Sequence record: PQ613263
Source of the DNA: Shigella phage Moonfish
DNA length: 64,000 nucleotides
Direction: 5' to 3' (one strand)
The translations under genes and the position numbers were made by a program. Below, one piece after another: positions 30,318 through 40,938 of the stretch. Position 1 is the first letter of the stretch. The number at the start of each line of letters is the position of its first letter. Under the pieces are notes generated by a model. That model made no database searches. It was not told where the DNA came from and saw only the letters and a program-made list of their open reading frames with translations.

Positions 30318-31023
30318 CCTGATGTTCAGCATGGGTCGTTAATCCATGCCCGTCTTTCGACTGCTGCATATTCCTATGCAGAGCAGACTATATCATCACG
30401 CCAGATAGTAAGGCGTGCCATGCGCTTCCACCCACTTGAGTGTACTCTCTTTCGAGATAGTCGTTGCACCTTTCAATGCTGCGTGTAACCGAGCGTGGTC
30501 AGGAACACTTAGCAATACAAGATTATCAAAGTCGTTGTTATACGGATTCTCATCACAATGATGCACACACCAGCCTTTTGGTATTTCACTGATATTAAGT
30601 GCCTCACATACTACCACATGGTGAGCAAAAACGTGTTTACTGCCTTTGCGTGCAGTATACCAATCCGGTTTAAGTACCATTAAGTAACCTTTACTGTCGG
30701 ATACTAAACCTTTGTAGTTATGATGGTCTTTCCCAAATTTACCTAGCATGGGGTTATTTTCCCCCAGCTTGGAGCGTCGGTAAGACTTTGCATTTCTGTT
30801 TTGACGGTATTCTTTACTGTAGTTCTCCATAATATATTTAGAGACTTTTTTGTAATTAATACCTAAACGCTTTGATATTTCTGCTTGAGATAGGTCAGTA
30901 TTCTCGTACAGAGTCTTGATATCCATCATGTGCCTCCTAAGGCAGGTATGGTTGATTTGGCTCAGGATTGCCCGGTCTGGGTTTCCCCTGAATTCACATG
31001 GTTTAAATAGCCCAATTTATTTT
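30318..31023 (-). mobile_element. probable group I intron (706 nt) inside DNA polymerase gene, carrying an HNH homing endonuclease ORF
   Basis: Interrupts a conserved Pol A motif; 5' exon ends in U, intron ends in G; GGGCU 10 nt into the intron can pair with exon-end AGCCU (P1 with U.G); frame is preserved across the junction. Confidence 0.7.
30396..30929 (-). CDS. HNH homing endonuclease (intron-encoded)
   Basis: 177 aa; own RBS TAGGAGG; N-terminal HTH-like segment; C-terminal HNH motif CVHHCDENPYNNDFDNLVLLSVPDHARLH. Confidence 0.8.
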   Translation of the reverse strand: MMDIKTLYENTDLSQAEISKRLGINYKKVSKYIMENYSKEYRQNRNAKSYRRSKLGENNPMLGKFGKDHHNYKGLVSDSKGYLMVLKPDWYTARKGSKHVFAHHVVVCEALNISEIPKGWCVHHCDENPYNNDFDNLVLLSVPDHARLHAALKGATTISKESTLKWVEAHGTPYYLA

Positions 31024-32694
31024 AGGCTCTGAAGCCGATAACCTGCCGGAGACCGTGCCTCCCAAATTGAGATTACCGAACAGATAGTGCCAGCCATCCG
31101 GTCCCGGTTGGGCGTTCCTGAAAGCTGGTATAAAGCTAGTAATAATCTTATCCACGAGCTTATAGTCGATAAGAGCATTGAGCAGTTCCTTAACATCTTC
31201 ACTCTGCGTATGTGTACGCAGTGCTTTAATAGTGTCACCATCAGTAGCTGGTTGCTTGCTCTTAGTAAGACCAAGAACTGGTAAGCCAATAAAATCAAAT
31301 AACAATTTCTGTAACTGTGGACCGGAGTTAGGATTGAACTCGATGTCACAATCAGCCAATGTTACCTGCTTCTTCTTAAGCTTGGTATTCTTATCGTCTA
31401 CCCATTCCTGACGAAGCATCAGGGTGAAATTCTTCATGAGCTTAGACTCACGAATAGTTTTCAGAGCCTGGTTCCTGTCAGTTTCCATTTCCTCAGCTAC
31501 TTGGTTAACGGTTTCCATATTCATTGGCATACCGGTTAACTGCATCTGAATAATGTCTTCACAGGCAGGTTTAAAGATGTTGTTATAAACATCCAGTTGG
31601 TCATCAGCAATGAGAGTATCCCAGTGCTTCTCGTAGGTGTACCACGTACACAGTCCATCGATTAGGTTGTAGCGTAACAATTGCTCATTAGGAATAAGAC
31701 AAATGTCTTTGATATCGTCTTGAGCATAGTTACCGGCATACTCCTGAGCCTGGTCTTTCAGACTAAGGTGATTACCAGCACAACTGTTAGTAGCCAGATA
31801 AGTGATTAACTTAGTGCAGTCCCAGTTACGTAGCATGACGTTCATGCCATACAGTAGACCTTCTGTATCAATCAGGTTATCCATGAATAACTGATAGATA
31901 AGTACATACACGTCATAGCTAATGTTGTGATACATCTGCCGTTGGGTGTACTTAATGAAGAACTCACGTAACAGGTTACGGACAATATCATTTCTGTTGA
32001 TACGCCCATAAGGTGCTTCAGTAGCTCCCTTAATTGGCTCGTAGTCCACATTAAAAGCTATGCCTTGTGTCTTACTCCAACAGAATGTAATCGTTCCTAT
32101 ACCGGCGTTATAGTGCTTTAAACCGAATGATTCGATGTCTATAGCCAATGGCTTATTCATCTCCAGCAACTGGTCTAGCCAGGCTTTAATCTCTTCGGGG
32201 GTATCTGGGTAGGCCTCAAACTCAATGATTCCCTGACCTGGTTCAGCATACTGTCCACGTATGTGGTTAAGTAGTGCATCCATACCCTGAGCAATTTTAG
32301 CTCTCACTACAGGTGGGTCATAAAAGACCTGTCTGTAGTTAGGCGTATAGATAACCTTCTGCTTACCCCATACTGAGTCACAAACGTAGCCGAGGTTGGC
32401 CTCTGCTTTAGCTTCTTTAGTCAGTATTTTAAAGTAATCAGAATCGGTACAGATGACGTACTGAGTTTCTGCATCATCCAGTACTTGTTGCAGTTCCTGC
32501 TGTATGAACTCCTTAATCTCCTTTGCAGGAGTCTTCTTTTTGCCGGGGGCAGAGTGAAGTTCAAGGAAGATAAAATCTTCCATGCTTAGGTCATATGGCA
32601 GCAGGTAGGTTTTAATCATCTCCTCCCTTCGGATTTGATGACCGAGGATAGCAATAGGATATTTACCCGTATCCTGAGAGGTGATGTAACGCAT
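31024..32694 (-). CDS. DNA polymerase (family A) 5' exon: 3'-5' exonuclease and N-terminal polymerase part
   Basis: Contains Exo I LAIDIESF; ends ...TVSGRLSASEP (then KINWAI* if unspliced), i.e. truncated in the middle of the conserved RLSSSDPNLQNIP motif. Confidence 0.8.
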
Positions 32695-32703
32695 GGCTTT
32701 ACC

Positions 32704-33234
32704 TTAGAAAATCAGATGGGAAGCTGCATAGTACTCAATGGAAGGTAGAATCTTCTCATACTGCTTGATTGCTAAATCATCACCAGCAAGAGTCCAAGCT
32801 GCTTCACGAGTACGCTGTAGTCCTTTGTACTGACCAGTCTGGTCTTGAGCTACCAGACATTCAGGTAGAGCATCACGTACATCCTGATAGGACATACAAC
32901 CACGAACCAGACGATATACAGTCTGGTTCACAAGGTGTACTTCCATAATCAGACTACTGGAGGCTTTCAGATACTTGTCCATTGCTGGCCATAGTTCTGG
33001 ATTAAGTGTTAATCGTTCGCCGTAGGTTGGGGGTCTAGAAGCATTAGAACGTTGATAGAACTCCCCCTGATAAAGGAATCCAGCCGATATATCTACACCG
33101 TTGATACGGTCATTCTTATCAATGATACTGTTTAGCACACCATCAAGACGAACCAGTTCTGCTAAGAACAGGTGTTTGACTATCTCACTACTATTGGCAA
33201 CCTGACCAATAGTCGTTGAACCAATCTGAGGCAT
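32704..33234 (-). CDS. hypothetical protein
   Basis: 176-aa ORF between helicase and polymerase genes. Confidence 0.5.
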   Translation of the reverse strand: MPQIGSTTIGQVANSSEIVKHLFLAELVRLDGVLNSIIDKNDRINGVDISAGFLYQGEFYQRSNASRPPTYGERLTLNPELWPAMDKYLKASSSLIMEVHLVNQTVYRLVRGCMSYQDVRDALPECLVAQDQTGQYKGLQRTREAAWTLAGDDLAIKQYEKILPSIEYYAASHLIF

Positions 33235-33244
33235 ACACCCTCCC

Positions 33245-34555
33245 TTAAAAAGTTAGACCACCGTACTTGCTAGCAAGATTGCCATAGAACACTACACGCT
33301 TACGTGCACGGGACACAGCGACGTAAAGCAGACGGGCAACCATATCTGGTTGGCGACAGCTTGAGAGGTCATCTGCATCAATGAAGATTGTGTCGTAAGT
33401 GGAGCCTTGTGATTTATGGACGGTACATGCATGAGTAGCACGTAGGTCTGGAATGTTTTCTTTAAGACGGAAGTAAGGTTCCCAGTTCTTTTCTTTACCC
33501 AACCATTTAACCAAACGGTTAAAATAGTCTGGGTCAGTAGGAACAGGAACTTCACTTACGATACCACCATAACCAAGGTCAAGAGTACTATCACGGACTT
33601 CCAGTTCCAGGTCACCTGTAACTTTAATCATGCGAGTACTGCTATCCTGGTCGATGAGTTTAACGTCTTGCTCAATAGACAGACGGTCTTCCGCACCTAA
33701 GCGAACAGCAGAGTTAGAAACTAACTGTTCCCCGATGGAGTACTCACCCACGTAGCCTTTAGCTTCACGAATGTAGTTATTGTAATTAATAACTTGGTCA
33801 TTGGTGTAAGCAACAATACGGCTATTAGTAGGTTGAGTGAAGTGACTGAGAACCAGTTTCTCCATCTCTTCCCCCTGTACCCAGTCAATGATGCCTGGAA
33901 TACATTTAATAGGAAGGAAGCCTGTCTTACCTTCCACCGTATCACGCAATTGCTGGTGCAATGCTTTGAGTTCTGGTGTATCGGTACGCATCTGTTCAGT
34001 CAGATAGTGTGTTGGTATATTACCTGCATACACCGGAGACTTATTCTCTTTAACAGGTAGAAGCTGAGAAGCATCACCTACGAATACCAGTTTGCACTGG
34101 TGAGTACCTTCACGAGCATACTTAAGTAACTGACGGTCAATCATGGATGCTTCATCTACGAAGATGATTTTATTCTTCTTAATATTGAATGATTTGGATG
34201 GTACGACATTAGCCTCACCAGTCTTAAAATCATTCTTAACAATCAGACCCTGAAAGGAGTGATAGGTAGAGGTTGGACGTCCAGTAGCTTGAGCTAGAAC
34301 TTCAGCAGCTTTGTTCGTGGTCGCTGTCATGACAACTTCGTTATACAGAGGCTTGGTCCCCATCAGAGAACAGGTTTCCATATATGCAGGCATAGTGTCA
34401 TCAATTAGGTGCGACATCAGGAATGTCTTACCAGTTCCTCCAGGTCCACTGATCCCGAACTCTGTGGCATTAGGGTCGAGCAGGAAGTCGAAGAACTCCT
34501 TCGCAACCGCTTCTTGCCCCTGGTTCAATGGGGCTTTGGTAGGTTTGGAAAACAT
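33245..34555 (-). CDS. SF1 DNA helicase (Dda/RecD-like)
   Basis: 436 aa; Walker A GPGGTGKTF, DEAS Walker B (IFVDEASM), C-terminal HKSQGSTYD helicase motif. Confidence 0.75.
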   Translation of the reverse strand: MFSKPTKAPLNQGQEAVAKEFFDFLLDPNATEFGISGPGGTGKTFLMSHLIDDTMPAYMETCSLMGTKPLYNEVVMTATTNKAAEVLAQATGRPTSTYHSFQGLIVKNDFKTGEANVVPSKSFNIKKNKIIFVDEASMIDRQLLKYAREGTHQCKLVFVGDASQLLPVKENKSPVYAGNIPTHYLTEQMRTDTPELKALHQQLRDTVEGKTGFLPIKCIPGIIDWVQGEEMEKLVLSHFTQPTNSRIVAYTNDQVINYNNYIREAKGYVGEYSIGEQLVSNSAVRLGAEDRLSIEQDVKLIDQDSSTRMIKVTGDLELEVRDSTLDLGYGGIVSEVPVPTDPDYFNRLVKWLGKEKNWEPYFRLKENIPDLRATHACTVHKSQGSTYDTIFIDADDLSSCRQPDMVARLLYVAVSRARKRVVFYGNLASKYGGLTF

Positions 34556-34571
34556 TTAAATCTCCAGTAAA

Positions 34572-34589
34572 AAACCCTCCGTAGAGGGT
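34572..34589 (-). terminator. putative intrinsic terminator
   Basis: ACCCTC-cgta-GAGGGT hairpin with T-run on the minus strand. Confidence 0.4.
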
Positions 34590-35050
34590 TAGACGTATGG
34601 TTTGAGGTTAGGCTTGGTGTAATGTGGGCCTTTCATTACTTTCATATTTTCATTGAAGATGGGATTACCGTCTTCGCCGAACTTAGAATAGTTTGAGCGA
34701 TTGACTTCAGCTAATGCTCCAGGGACATTCATCCCAAGGAAAGTACCGACGCCAGTTGCTGTAACAATCTGGTCAGCCAGAGCGTCCAGCAGTTCCACTC
34801 GGTCTTTAACCATAATACCCCCATCCTTTTTGATGAGGTTACCTACGTGGTCAATGGCTTCACTTAAGAAGCCCATCTTAGTAGCTAACTCTGGGTCAGC
34901 GTTAGTGAGAGCATTAAGCATCTCTGCTACTTCTTCCAGGTGACAGCCCACCTGGGTACTAATGTTCTTACTCGTCGGATTCTCCACTGCCTTCTTGAAC
35001 CAGGCTTCGGTTCTTGCCAGCGTACAAACGGATGAACTTGTCATGCTCAC
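34589..35050 (-). CDS. MazG-like all-alpha NTP pyrophosphohydrolase candidate
   Basis: 153 aa; HLEEVAEM and ELLDALADQ acidic helix motifs typical of MazG/HisE-like NTP-PPases (pattern-based). Confidence 0.45.
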   Translation of the reverse strand: MSMTSSSVCTLARTEAWFKKAVENPTSKNISTQVGCHLEEVAEMLNALTNADPELATKMGFLSEAIDHVGNLIKKDGGIMVKDRVELLDALADQIVTATGVGTFLGMNVPGALAEVNRSNYSKFGEDGNPIFNENMKVMKGPHYTKPNLKPYV

Positions 35051-35393
35051 TCTCTTGGTTAAGGTGGCGATTATTATATGCCTCCAGAATCAAGTCTCTT
35101 ATGTATGAGCGAATCTCATACTTAGGACCAACTTGTTCTGAAAGCCAATCAGCCACATGGGTTGGTAATGGACGGAGTACATTCTCCATGAACGTCCGAC
35201 GTGTGTCGGCTGGTTCAATGTTTAAAGAACGCAATCGCAAAGTAACCGTAGTGGGGTGAACCCCCAACGTCTTAGCGATAGTTGCGAGGGACAGTCCAAC
35301 AGCATTCATACGAATGATGTCTTCATCAGTTGCTTTGCGATTAACTCTGTAAACTTTACTCATAGTACATTTCCTCTTCAAATTTACCCTCAC
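34968..35393 (-). CDS. HTH DNA-binding protein
   Basis: 141 aa (likely start at MSKVYRV); helix-turn-helix-like LSLATIAKTLGVHPTTV. Confidence 0.45.
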   Translation of the reverse strand: MRVNLKRKCTMSKVYRVNRKATDEDIIRMNAVGLSLATIAKTLGVHPTTVTLRLRSLNIEPADTRRTFMENVLRPLPTHVADWLSEQVGPKYEIRSYIRDLILEAYNNRHLNQESEHDKFIRLYAGKNRSLVQEGSGESDE

Positions 35394-35425
35394 TTTATTA
35401 TAAGTGAGGGCATTTGAACAGGCTA

Positions 35426-37459
35426 TTACTTAACGGCTTTGACCAGTTTGGTAGCTAACTTAGCTTCTTCTTCAGTCAGTCCCATTGCAGTGAATGACTT
35501 CTTAGCATGGCGCTTATAGTCTTGCAGAGCATGGCCTTTCTGATAGTCAGGATATGACTCATCATTCAGGATACTACGCAGGTTATCAGCGTGTTTGCTA
35601 TTGGCAGGTGCTTTAGCCACTGGAGCTTTAGCAACCTTAATCGGTTTGCCAACAGGCTTACAGGAGCAGGTTGCACGTACATCAGCAATCTTAGCAACAA
35701 CATCATTGCCAACATCGAATGCAGCCCAAGGCTTACGAGCTTTTCCACGTAACTCTACCAGCAGGTCAGCAGCAGCTAACTTATCTTCCGGGGTAGTTGC
35801 ATTAAGGAACTCTTTAACCAGTTCCTGGATTTGTTCTTTCACAGTCGGAGCCTTCTTAATAACAGGTTTAAGGTCAGTAGCCTTCACTGGTTCAGAAGCT
35901 ACAGCTTCATTCAGTGACTCTTCCATATTCAGTGCTTCTTTATTAGCAACAGTACGGAATTGTTCTACGGAACCAGATGATAGATTGGTGTATTTGAGGT
36001 TAGTACCATAATGACCACCAACCATAACAAGTGTGGTAGGTGAGCTGTGGTTCCCAACGATAGCATCGTTAAGCAATTTCTTGCCTACTTCTGTTTTAGA
36101 CAGGTAGATACCTTTATTAACGTTACTACGTTCCTCTTCTGGCAGTTCAGCAATAATGTGATACGCAGCTACACGCATCTTATTGGTGTTGTATTCAGGA
36201 ACAGCAAATACATCTTCCGGTGCTACTTTACCGAGGATAGTTACATCACCGCCGAAGGTGCGGATATAGCTCATGGATGCTACATGCAGACCATTGGAGC
36301 AGTCCTGACGGCGGTCAGGGTCTACCAGGTCTTCACGTATCTGTACTTTACATCCTACCCATTGACGGATGTTGCCTGAGTGACAGTCAACGAATACACG
36401 TTTACCGTCTTCTGTACCTTTATACTTAAGGCGTTTCAGGAACAGGATTGAACCATCATCAGCAATAGGTAGTTCAGCAGTTTCCATGAACTTCATCAGG
36501 TCTTCCACTGAATGCAGACGGTCTTTAATAACTGGAGCCAGACGTTCAAGGAACTTAGTAAATCCCTTGTAGTCTTTCAACTTGGCAGACTGACGCAGGT
36601 GACGTTGTAGGTTCTCAACTCCAGGGATAACCCCATCGTTGGTAACAGCAACAACCACTTCATCTTCCTTCACATCAGTGTGGAAGTTGGCGTCATCGGT
36701 ACAAATAGCCCCCAATGCAGTTAGCTTCTCAGAAGCAGCAGCCAGTTTATCCTGGTTCGTAACTTTATCCTCTTCTACGTAAGGTAGAGGGGTTTCCTCA
36801 CGATTGGTAAATACAATTTGTACGCCTTTGATGTTCCGGGCTTGTTTAGCAAACTCACCCATTTCATCATCAGATACCCCACGAATTGCAATAGGCCATT
36901 CCTGTGCAAGAATGTTGTTGGTGTGGTAATAACCCCAACCCAACACATCGTTAATAAAACGAACCAGTGCAGTATGGTTATGGTCTTTATCCCAGCCGGT
37001 AACCCACATCAGATTGTCGCGTTTGTCACGCCAACCCTCTGATACAGTTACTACTGGTTCATTAGCCTGTACAGCCAGGAAGGTATCCATAGCTTTTGAC
37101 ACCAACGTCTTGGTAGGACTGCCCAGCTTAATATCTGAAATGATACGAGTAGGTGGAACACCTGTACCATCTTCGAAGAACTCTTTGAGTTTAGCTTTTG
37201 CTACCTTGAAGAAACGGACGAATCCGTTAGTATTCTTCTCTGCTTCCAGATACTCGATACGTAGGCTTACTTCTGGTGCAATGTTTACTTCTATTTGGTC
37301 CAGGATAGTACCCAGACCTTTGGTTTGTGCTTCGGATACAATGCGAGCAACCCGAGGGTCGCTCTGGGGATATACAACCGTGGAGCCATCAGGCTTCCAC
37401 AATGTGAGGTTACGACTGTCAACTGCCAGTGCGATGATAGAAATCAGCTCGATTTTCAT
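35426..37459 (-). CDS. rIIB-like protein (by position next to rIIA-like gene)
   Basis: 677-aa ORF immediately downstream of the rIIA-like gene; call rests on synteny only. Confidence 0.4.
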   Translation of the reverse strand: MKIELISIIALAVDSRNLTLWKPDGSTVVYPQSDPRVARIVSEAQTKGLGTILDQIEVNIAPEVSLRIEYLEAEKNTNGFVRFFKVAKAKLKEFFEDGTGVPPTRIISDIKLGSPTKTLVSKAMDTFLAVQANEPVVTVSEGWRDKRDNLMWVTGWDKDHNHTALVRFINDVLGWGYYHTNNILAQEWPIAIRGVSDDEMGEFAKQARNIKGVQIVFTNREETPLPYVEEDKVTNQDKLAAASEKLTALGAICTDDANFHTDVKEDEVVVAVTNDGVIPGVENLQRHLRQSAKLKDYKGFTKFLERLAPVIKDRLHSVEDLMKFMETAELPIADDGSILFLKRLKYKGTEDGKRVFVDCHSGNIRQWVGCKVQIREDLVDPDRRQDCSNGLHVASMSYIRTFGGDVTILGKVAPEDVFAVPEYNTNKMRVAAYHIIAELPEEERSNVNKGIYLSKTEVGKKLLNDAIVGNHSSPTTLVMVGGHYGTNLKYTNLSSGSVEQFRTVANKEALNMEESLNEAVASEPVKATDLKPVIKKAPTVKEQIQELVKEFLNATTPEDKLAAADLLVELRGKARKPWAAFDVGNDVVAKIADVRATCSCKPVGKPIKVAKAPVAKAPANSKHADNLRSILNDESYPDYQKGHALQDYKRHAKKSFTAMGLTEEEAKLATKLVKAVK

Positions 37460-37463
37460 CAGA

Positions 37464-40127
37464 TTAATTACCTTTCAGTTTATTTAGACGATTACGGTAG
37501 AGGGACTTAAACCCAGGAATATCATCTGGATGTTTCTTGAGATACCTGACTAAGCTAGTCAAGTCCAGGTTTTGCAGGATGTCATCCTTATTCCAGCTAT
37601 AACAAAATAAAGCTTTGTACTTGCTGAGTATTTCGTAATGTTTATGATTACGTGGGTTAGTCATTGTCATGTATGGCACTAAGTCTTCCTCTGACTTAAT
37701 GTAACCCATTTCAATGAGCTTCCTCTCTTTACTCCGATGATTTCTTAGGAAATCATACGCCCATTCATACTCTGGATTAAAAATCAGATTTTGTAGTGGT
37801 TTGAATGTTAGACCAAGAATACCGAGGATTTCCCAATACTCTCTGTCATCCAATCCTATGTACTCAGTAATACCAATACGCTGTTCAGTGACATACTTCT
37901 TGAATCCCTTACTGGAAATAACAGACATCAATTCACTGAGTCGAATATCGTCAATGTGAATAGCACCACGTCGTTTAGCCTTGTTAACTTCGATTTGATT
38001 GCGACAGACAACAGTTTCTGCTTTCATCTCATCGGACAACTCATACCATTTCCACATGGTTCCAATCCGGGCATTATCTGGTCTACCAGAACTAACCTGA
38101 TTGGCTAGTACGTAGTACTTAGGCTGTTCCACTTCAACGAAACCAGATTTCTCATGGTAGATTGGGTCAGCAAACTCCTTCTGGATATACGGTTTATATA
38201 TCCGATCTCCATTTTCATCTCGTACAAGAGTAGTACCTAGTACTGCATTCAATGAAATTAGAGCATTGGTTTTACCCCCTGCTTTGGTTTTATTGTCAGC
38301 TAGTGTCTTAGCTCGATTCTCGGCAGCTATCCTAGCTTGCTCCTTACGGAAGTTAGTTGGTTTGTCCCACTCATTGTATTGAGTAAGGTCAATTACCCGA
38401 TAACCCATAGCAGTGAATTTAGCTACAGCCTCCTCTGCTGCACCCTTCTTAGAACTAACGTTGTCCCACTCATTGTATTGAGTAAGGTCAATTACCCGAT
38501 AACCCATAGCAGTGAATTTAGCTACAGCCTCCTCTGCTGCACCCTTCTTAGAACTAACGACGTGAACAAAAGCTGTACGCTCCAGGTCACCTCGGTTGTA
38601 CTCAGGGAAGTATGAGAAAGAGTCTGCACAATCAGATAAACGGCGAGTAACTACAACGTTCTTGGTAGTGAATATACCAATACCTAGATGGGAGTGATAA
38701 TCCACCTTAAAGTAATCAGTAAGTTTACCTTTCACCAGTTTGGTACAGCTACCCTGGTTCATTATGTAACCTGACCACTTAATACCAGTAGCTTTTAAAG
38801 CAGCAATCTGAGGTAAGTGCAGATGGCGATATACGAATCCCTGGAATGGATAGCGTGTACCATTTGCACGAGTATGCTTAAGAGCACTTATAGCCTTACT
38901 ATACAGTTTTTTAAGACCTGCATATTCAGGACGAGCTAGTAATGCTTTATTGGATAAATTACGCCAGTGTTTGATGTGGTGCTTGCGTTGCTTAGCCCAT
39001 AAACTAGAGGACATATAGCGTTGAACAATAGGGTCTGTAACAGCAAGTAGGAAAGGTGGATACCTCCAGAAGCAGGAAGAAGCTTTAGAAGCATATTCTT
39101 CAATCTGCTTAATAGCTTCAGGAATCTTAGCCTTAATCTCTTTCTCCATACGGTCTACTAAATCTACACATAGAGCAGTAATACCATCGTCGGTTAACTT
39201 CTGGTTAGACAGGGTTTCTCGACTAGGAGCAATAGCTAAGGTATCCGGTGCAGCCTGAACTACTAAATTAGAAGCACCAATGATGTTCATAAAGTTGAGA
39301 ATAAGACCTACAGCTTCTTCACTAGCTGGGCTGGATACTATTGGGTACATTACATTACCGTAACGAATAAAGATGTTACTGCTACCCATATAGTTTTGAT
39401 ACCAGCTATCAGACATATCATATGAACCAGGTTTAAATGACATACCTAACGTAGGTAATAAAGTGTAGTCACCTTGTAGAATACTATTACCCGTTTCTTC
39501 ACGAGTGAGTTTGGGGGTACTAAGCTCAGCCTTAATTTCACCGTTAAACACAATAGATTTGATGTAGTGAATAAAGGTACTTACGTCGTGTTTACCTAGC
39601 TGGAATTTAACTTCCAGACCGGATTCCTCAGTAGGAATACCAGTAACGATAGGAACAATACCTGGTTTACCATCATTCTCTATTGCAGCTTTAGCTACGT
39701 TATATACCGACATCTTTCCTTGGTTCCACGAAGTAACCTGGAAGCTATCTGTATAAGCGAATGGGGACTTACATCCCAGACCAAATCCACCAGTAACACT
39801 ACTGTTGGACTTCTTGGTAGATGCACCATAGACACCATAAATGGAACCAATGAGTTCATCTGGGATACCGTTACCAAAGTCACGGAAGGTAATAAAGTTG
39901 TCTGTATCAATAGTAATACGGATAGGAGTATCAGTCTTACCTGCTTCAATATGAGCATCCCAACTGTTACAGATAGTCTCACGGACTACTGCCAGAGTAG
40001 GATTGTTATATAGGGAAGTACTTAATACGTGAAAGAATGCCGGGTCATCAGAGATGCCAAAGGCGATTGCTTCTTTACCACCCAGTGTCGCTGAAGTGGC
40101 TGATTGATTAGTATCTGCAACTAACAT
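37464..40127 (-). CDS. rIIA: rIIA-like protein with N-terminal GHKL (histidine-kinase-like) ATPase fold
   Basis: 887 aa; N-box ETICNSWDA, G1 box FRDFGNGIPDE, G2 box GGFGLG; contains an in-frame 33-aa tandem duplication. Confidence 0.7.
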   Translation of the reverse strand: MLVADTNQSATSATLGGKEAIAFGISDDPAFFHVLSTSLYNNPTLAVVRETICNSWDAHIEAGKTDTPIRITIDTDNFITFRDFGNGIPDELIGSIYGVYGASTKKSNSSVTGGFGLGCKSPFAYTDSFQVTSWNQGKMSVYNVAKAAIENDGKPGIVPIVTGIPTEESGLEVKFQLGKHDVSTFIHYIKSIVFNGEIKAELSTPKLTREETGNSILQGDYTLLPTLGMSFKPGSYDMSDSWYQNYMGSSNIFIRYGNVMYPIVSSPASEEAVGLILNFMNIIGASNLVVQAAPDTLAIAPSRETLSNQKLTDDGITALCVDLVDRMEKEIKAKIPEAIKQIEEYASKASSCFWRYPPFLLAVTDPIVQRYMSSSLWAKQRKHHIKHWRNLSNKALLARPEYAGLKKLYSKAISALKHTRANGTRYPFQGFVYRHLHLPQIAALKATGIKWSGYIMNQGSCTKLVKGKLTDYFKVDYHSHLGIGIFTTKNVVVTRRLSDCADSFSYFPEYNRGDLERTAFVHVVSSKKGAAEEAVAKFTAMGYRVIDLTQYNEWDNVSSKKGAAEEAVAKFTAMGYRVIDLTQYNEWDKPTNFRKEQARIAAENRAKTLADNKTKAGGKTNALISLNAVLGTTLVRDENGDRIYKPYIQKEFADPIYHEKSGFVEVEQPKYYVLANQVSSGRPDNARIGTMWKWYELSDEMKAETVVCRNQIEVNKAKRRGAIHIDDIRLSELMSVISSKGFKKYVTEQRIGITEYIGLDDREYWEILGILGLTFKPLQNLIFNPEYEWAYDFLRNHRSKERKLIEMGYIKSEEDLVPYMTMTNPRNHKHYEILSKYKALFCYSWNKDDILQNLDLTSLVRYLKKHPDDIPGFKSLYRNRLNKLKGN
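38362..38559. repeat. perfect 2 x 99-bp tandem duplication inside the rIIA-like gene
   Basis: 38362-38460 and 38461-38559 are identical base for base; encodes duplicated NVSSKKGAAEEAVAKFTAMGYRVIDLTQYNEWD. Confidence 0.9.
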
Positions 40128-40154
40128 TTATTTACTCTCCAGTTTAAATGTTGC

Positions 40155-40346
40155 TTAAAGTAGTACTTGTTTACACTTATCAAAAATAGCTTTACGTAGT
40201 TCAGCTTCTTCCAGCGGTTCATCATTGGGGTGATGACCCAATGGACTGTTTTGAAAAGCATTCATTAGGAATAAGACTTGATATTCTGTTAAGCCATTGA
40301 TCTGAATGCTATACGTTTTCTCTGAGGCGATATTTACATTAACCAT
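40155..40346 (-). CDS. hypothetical small protein
   Basis: 63-aa ORF. Confidence 0.35.
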   Translation of the reverse strand: MVNVNIASEKTYSIQINGLTEYQVLFLMNAFQNSPLGHHPNDEPLEEAELRKAIFDKCKQVLL

Positions 40347-40671
40347 TACGTTTACTTGCCATTGCTTGTAGGACGAATACAGCTATATCACTTGCAGTGT
40401 CATCAGTAAGTTCCTCCACTGAATAGTGACTTTCACCATCAAGTTCACCATTTTGCCATTCATCCAGCATACGCTGCACTTCAGCTAATCCAGCCTGTAT
40501 CATTTTCTTGCTTGGTTCCAGCCATAATTTACGTTCCTCTGCCAGTGCAGCAATGCACATACACAGTGAAGCGATGTTAGCCGGACAAGCAGCAATATCA
40601 CCAGTGAGAGCTATCTCACTTAAAGGTTTAGCTTCCCCAGTTTGGGCCAGTATAACTTCAGGATTAATCAC
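40339..40671 (-). CDS. hypothetical protein
   Basis: 110-aa ORF. Confidence 0.45.
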   Translation of the reverse strand: MINPEVILAQTGEAKPLSEIALTGDIAACPANIASLCMCIAALAEERKLWLEPSKKMIQAGLAEVQRMLDEWQNGELDGESHYSVEELTDDTASDIAVFVLQAMASKRNG

Positions 40672-40909
40672 GGATTTGCTCCAGGTTATGAGTAGGAATA
40701 GGGAAGAACGGATAGTCCCCAGTAGGGTCTAAGGTTACGGACACATGATGAATACCAGTAATCTGGGACATGCTGAGAGCAGTGTCGAAATCATCCTGTG
40801 TACAGGCATAAACAACATCACCTTTATTGACTTGTGGATCCATTACAGGTGTGTCTTTGATACGGTATTTAGCAGGCATATGCCCCCCTAAAAGGGTTAA
40901 TAGAATCAA
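40664..40909 (-). CDS. hypothetical protein
   Basis: 81-aa ORF. Confidence 0.45.
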   Translation of the reverse strand: MILLTLLGGHMPAKYRIKDTPVMDPQVNKGDVVYACTQDDFDTALSMSQITGIHHVSVTLDPTGDYPFFPIPTHNLEQIRD

Positions 40910-40913
40910 AAAA

Positions 40914-40933
40914 AGACCTCCCGGAGGAGGTCT
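40914..40933 (-). terminator. intrinsic terminator (minus strand)
   Basis: AGACCTCC-cgga-GGAGGTCT 8-bp hairpin with T7 run on the minus strand. Confidence 0.55.
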
Positions 40934-40938
40934 TAGGT

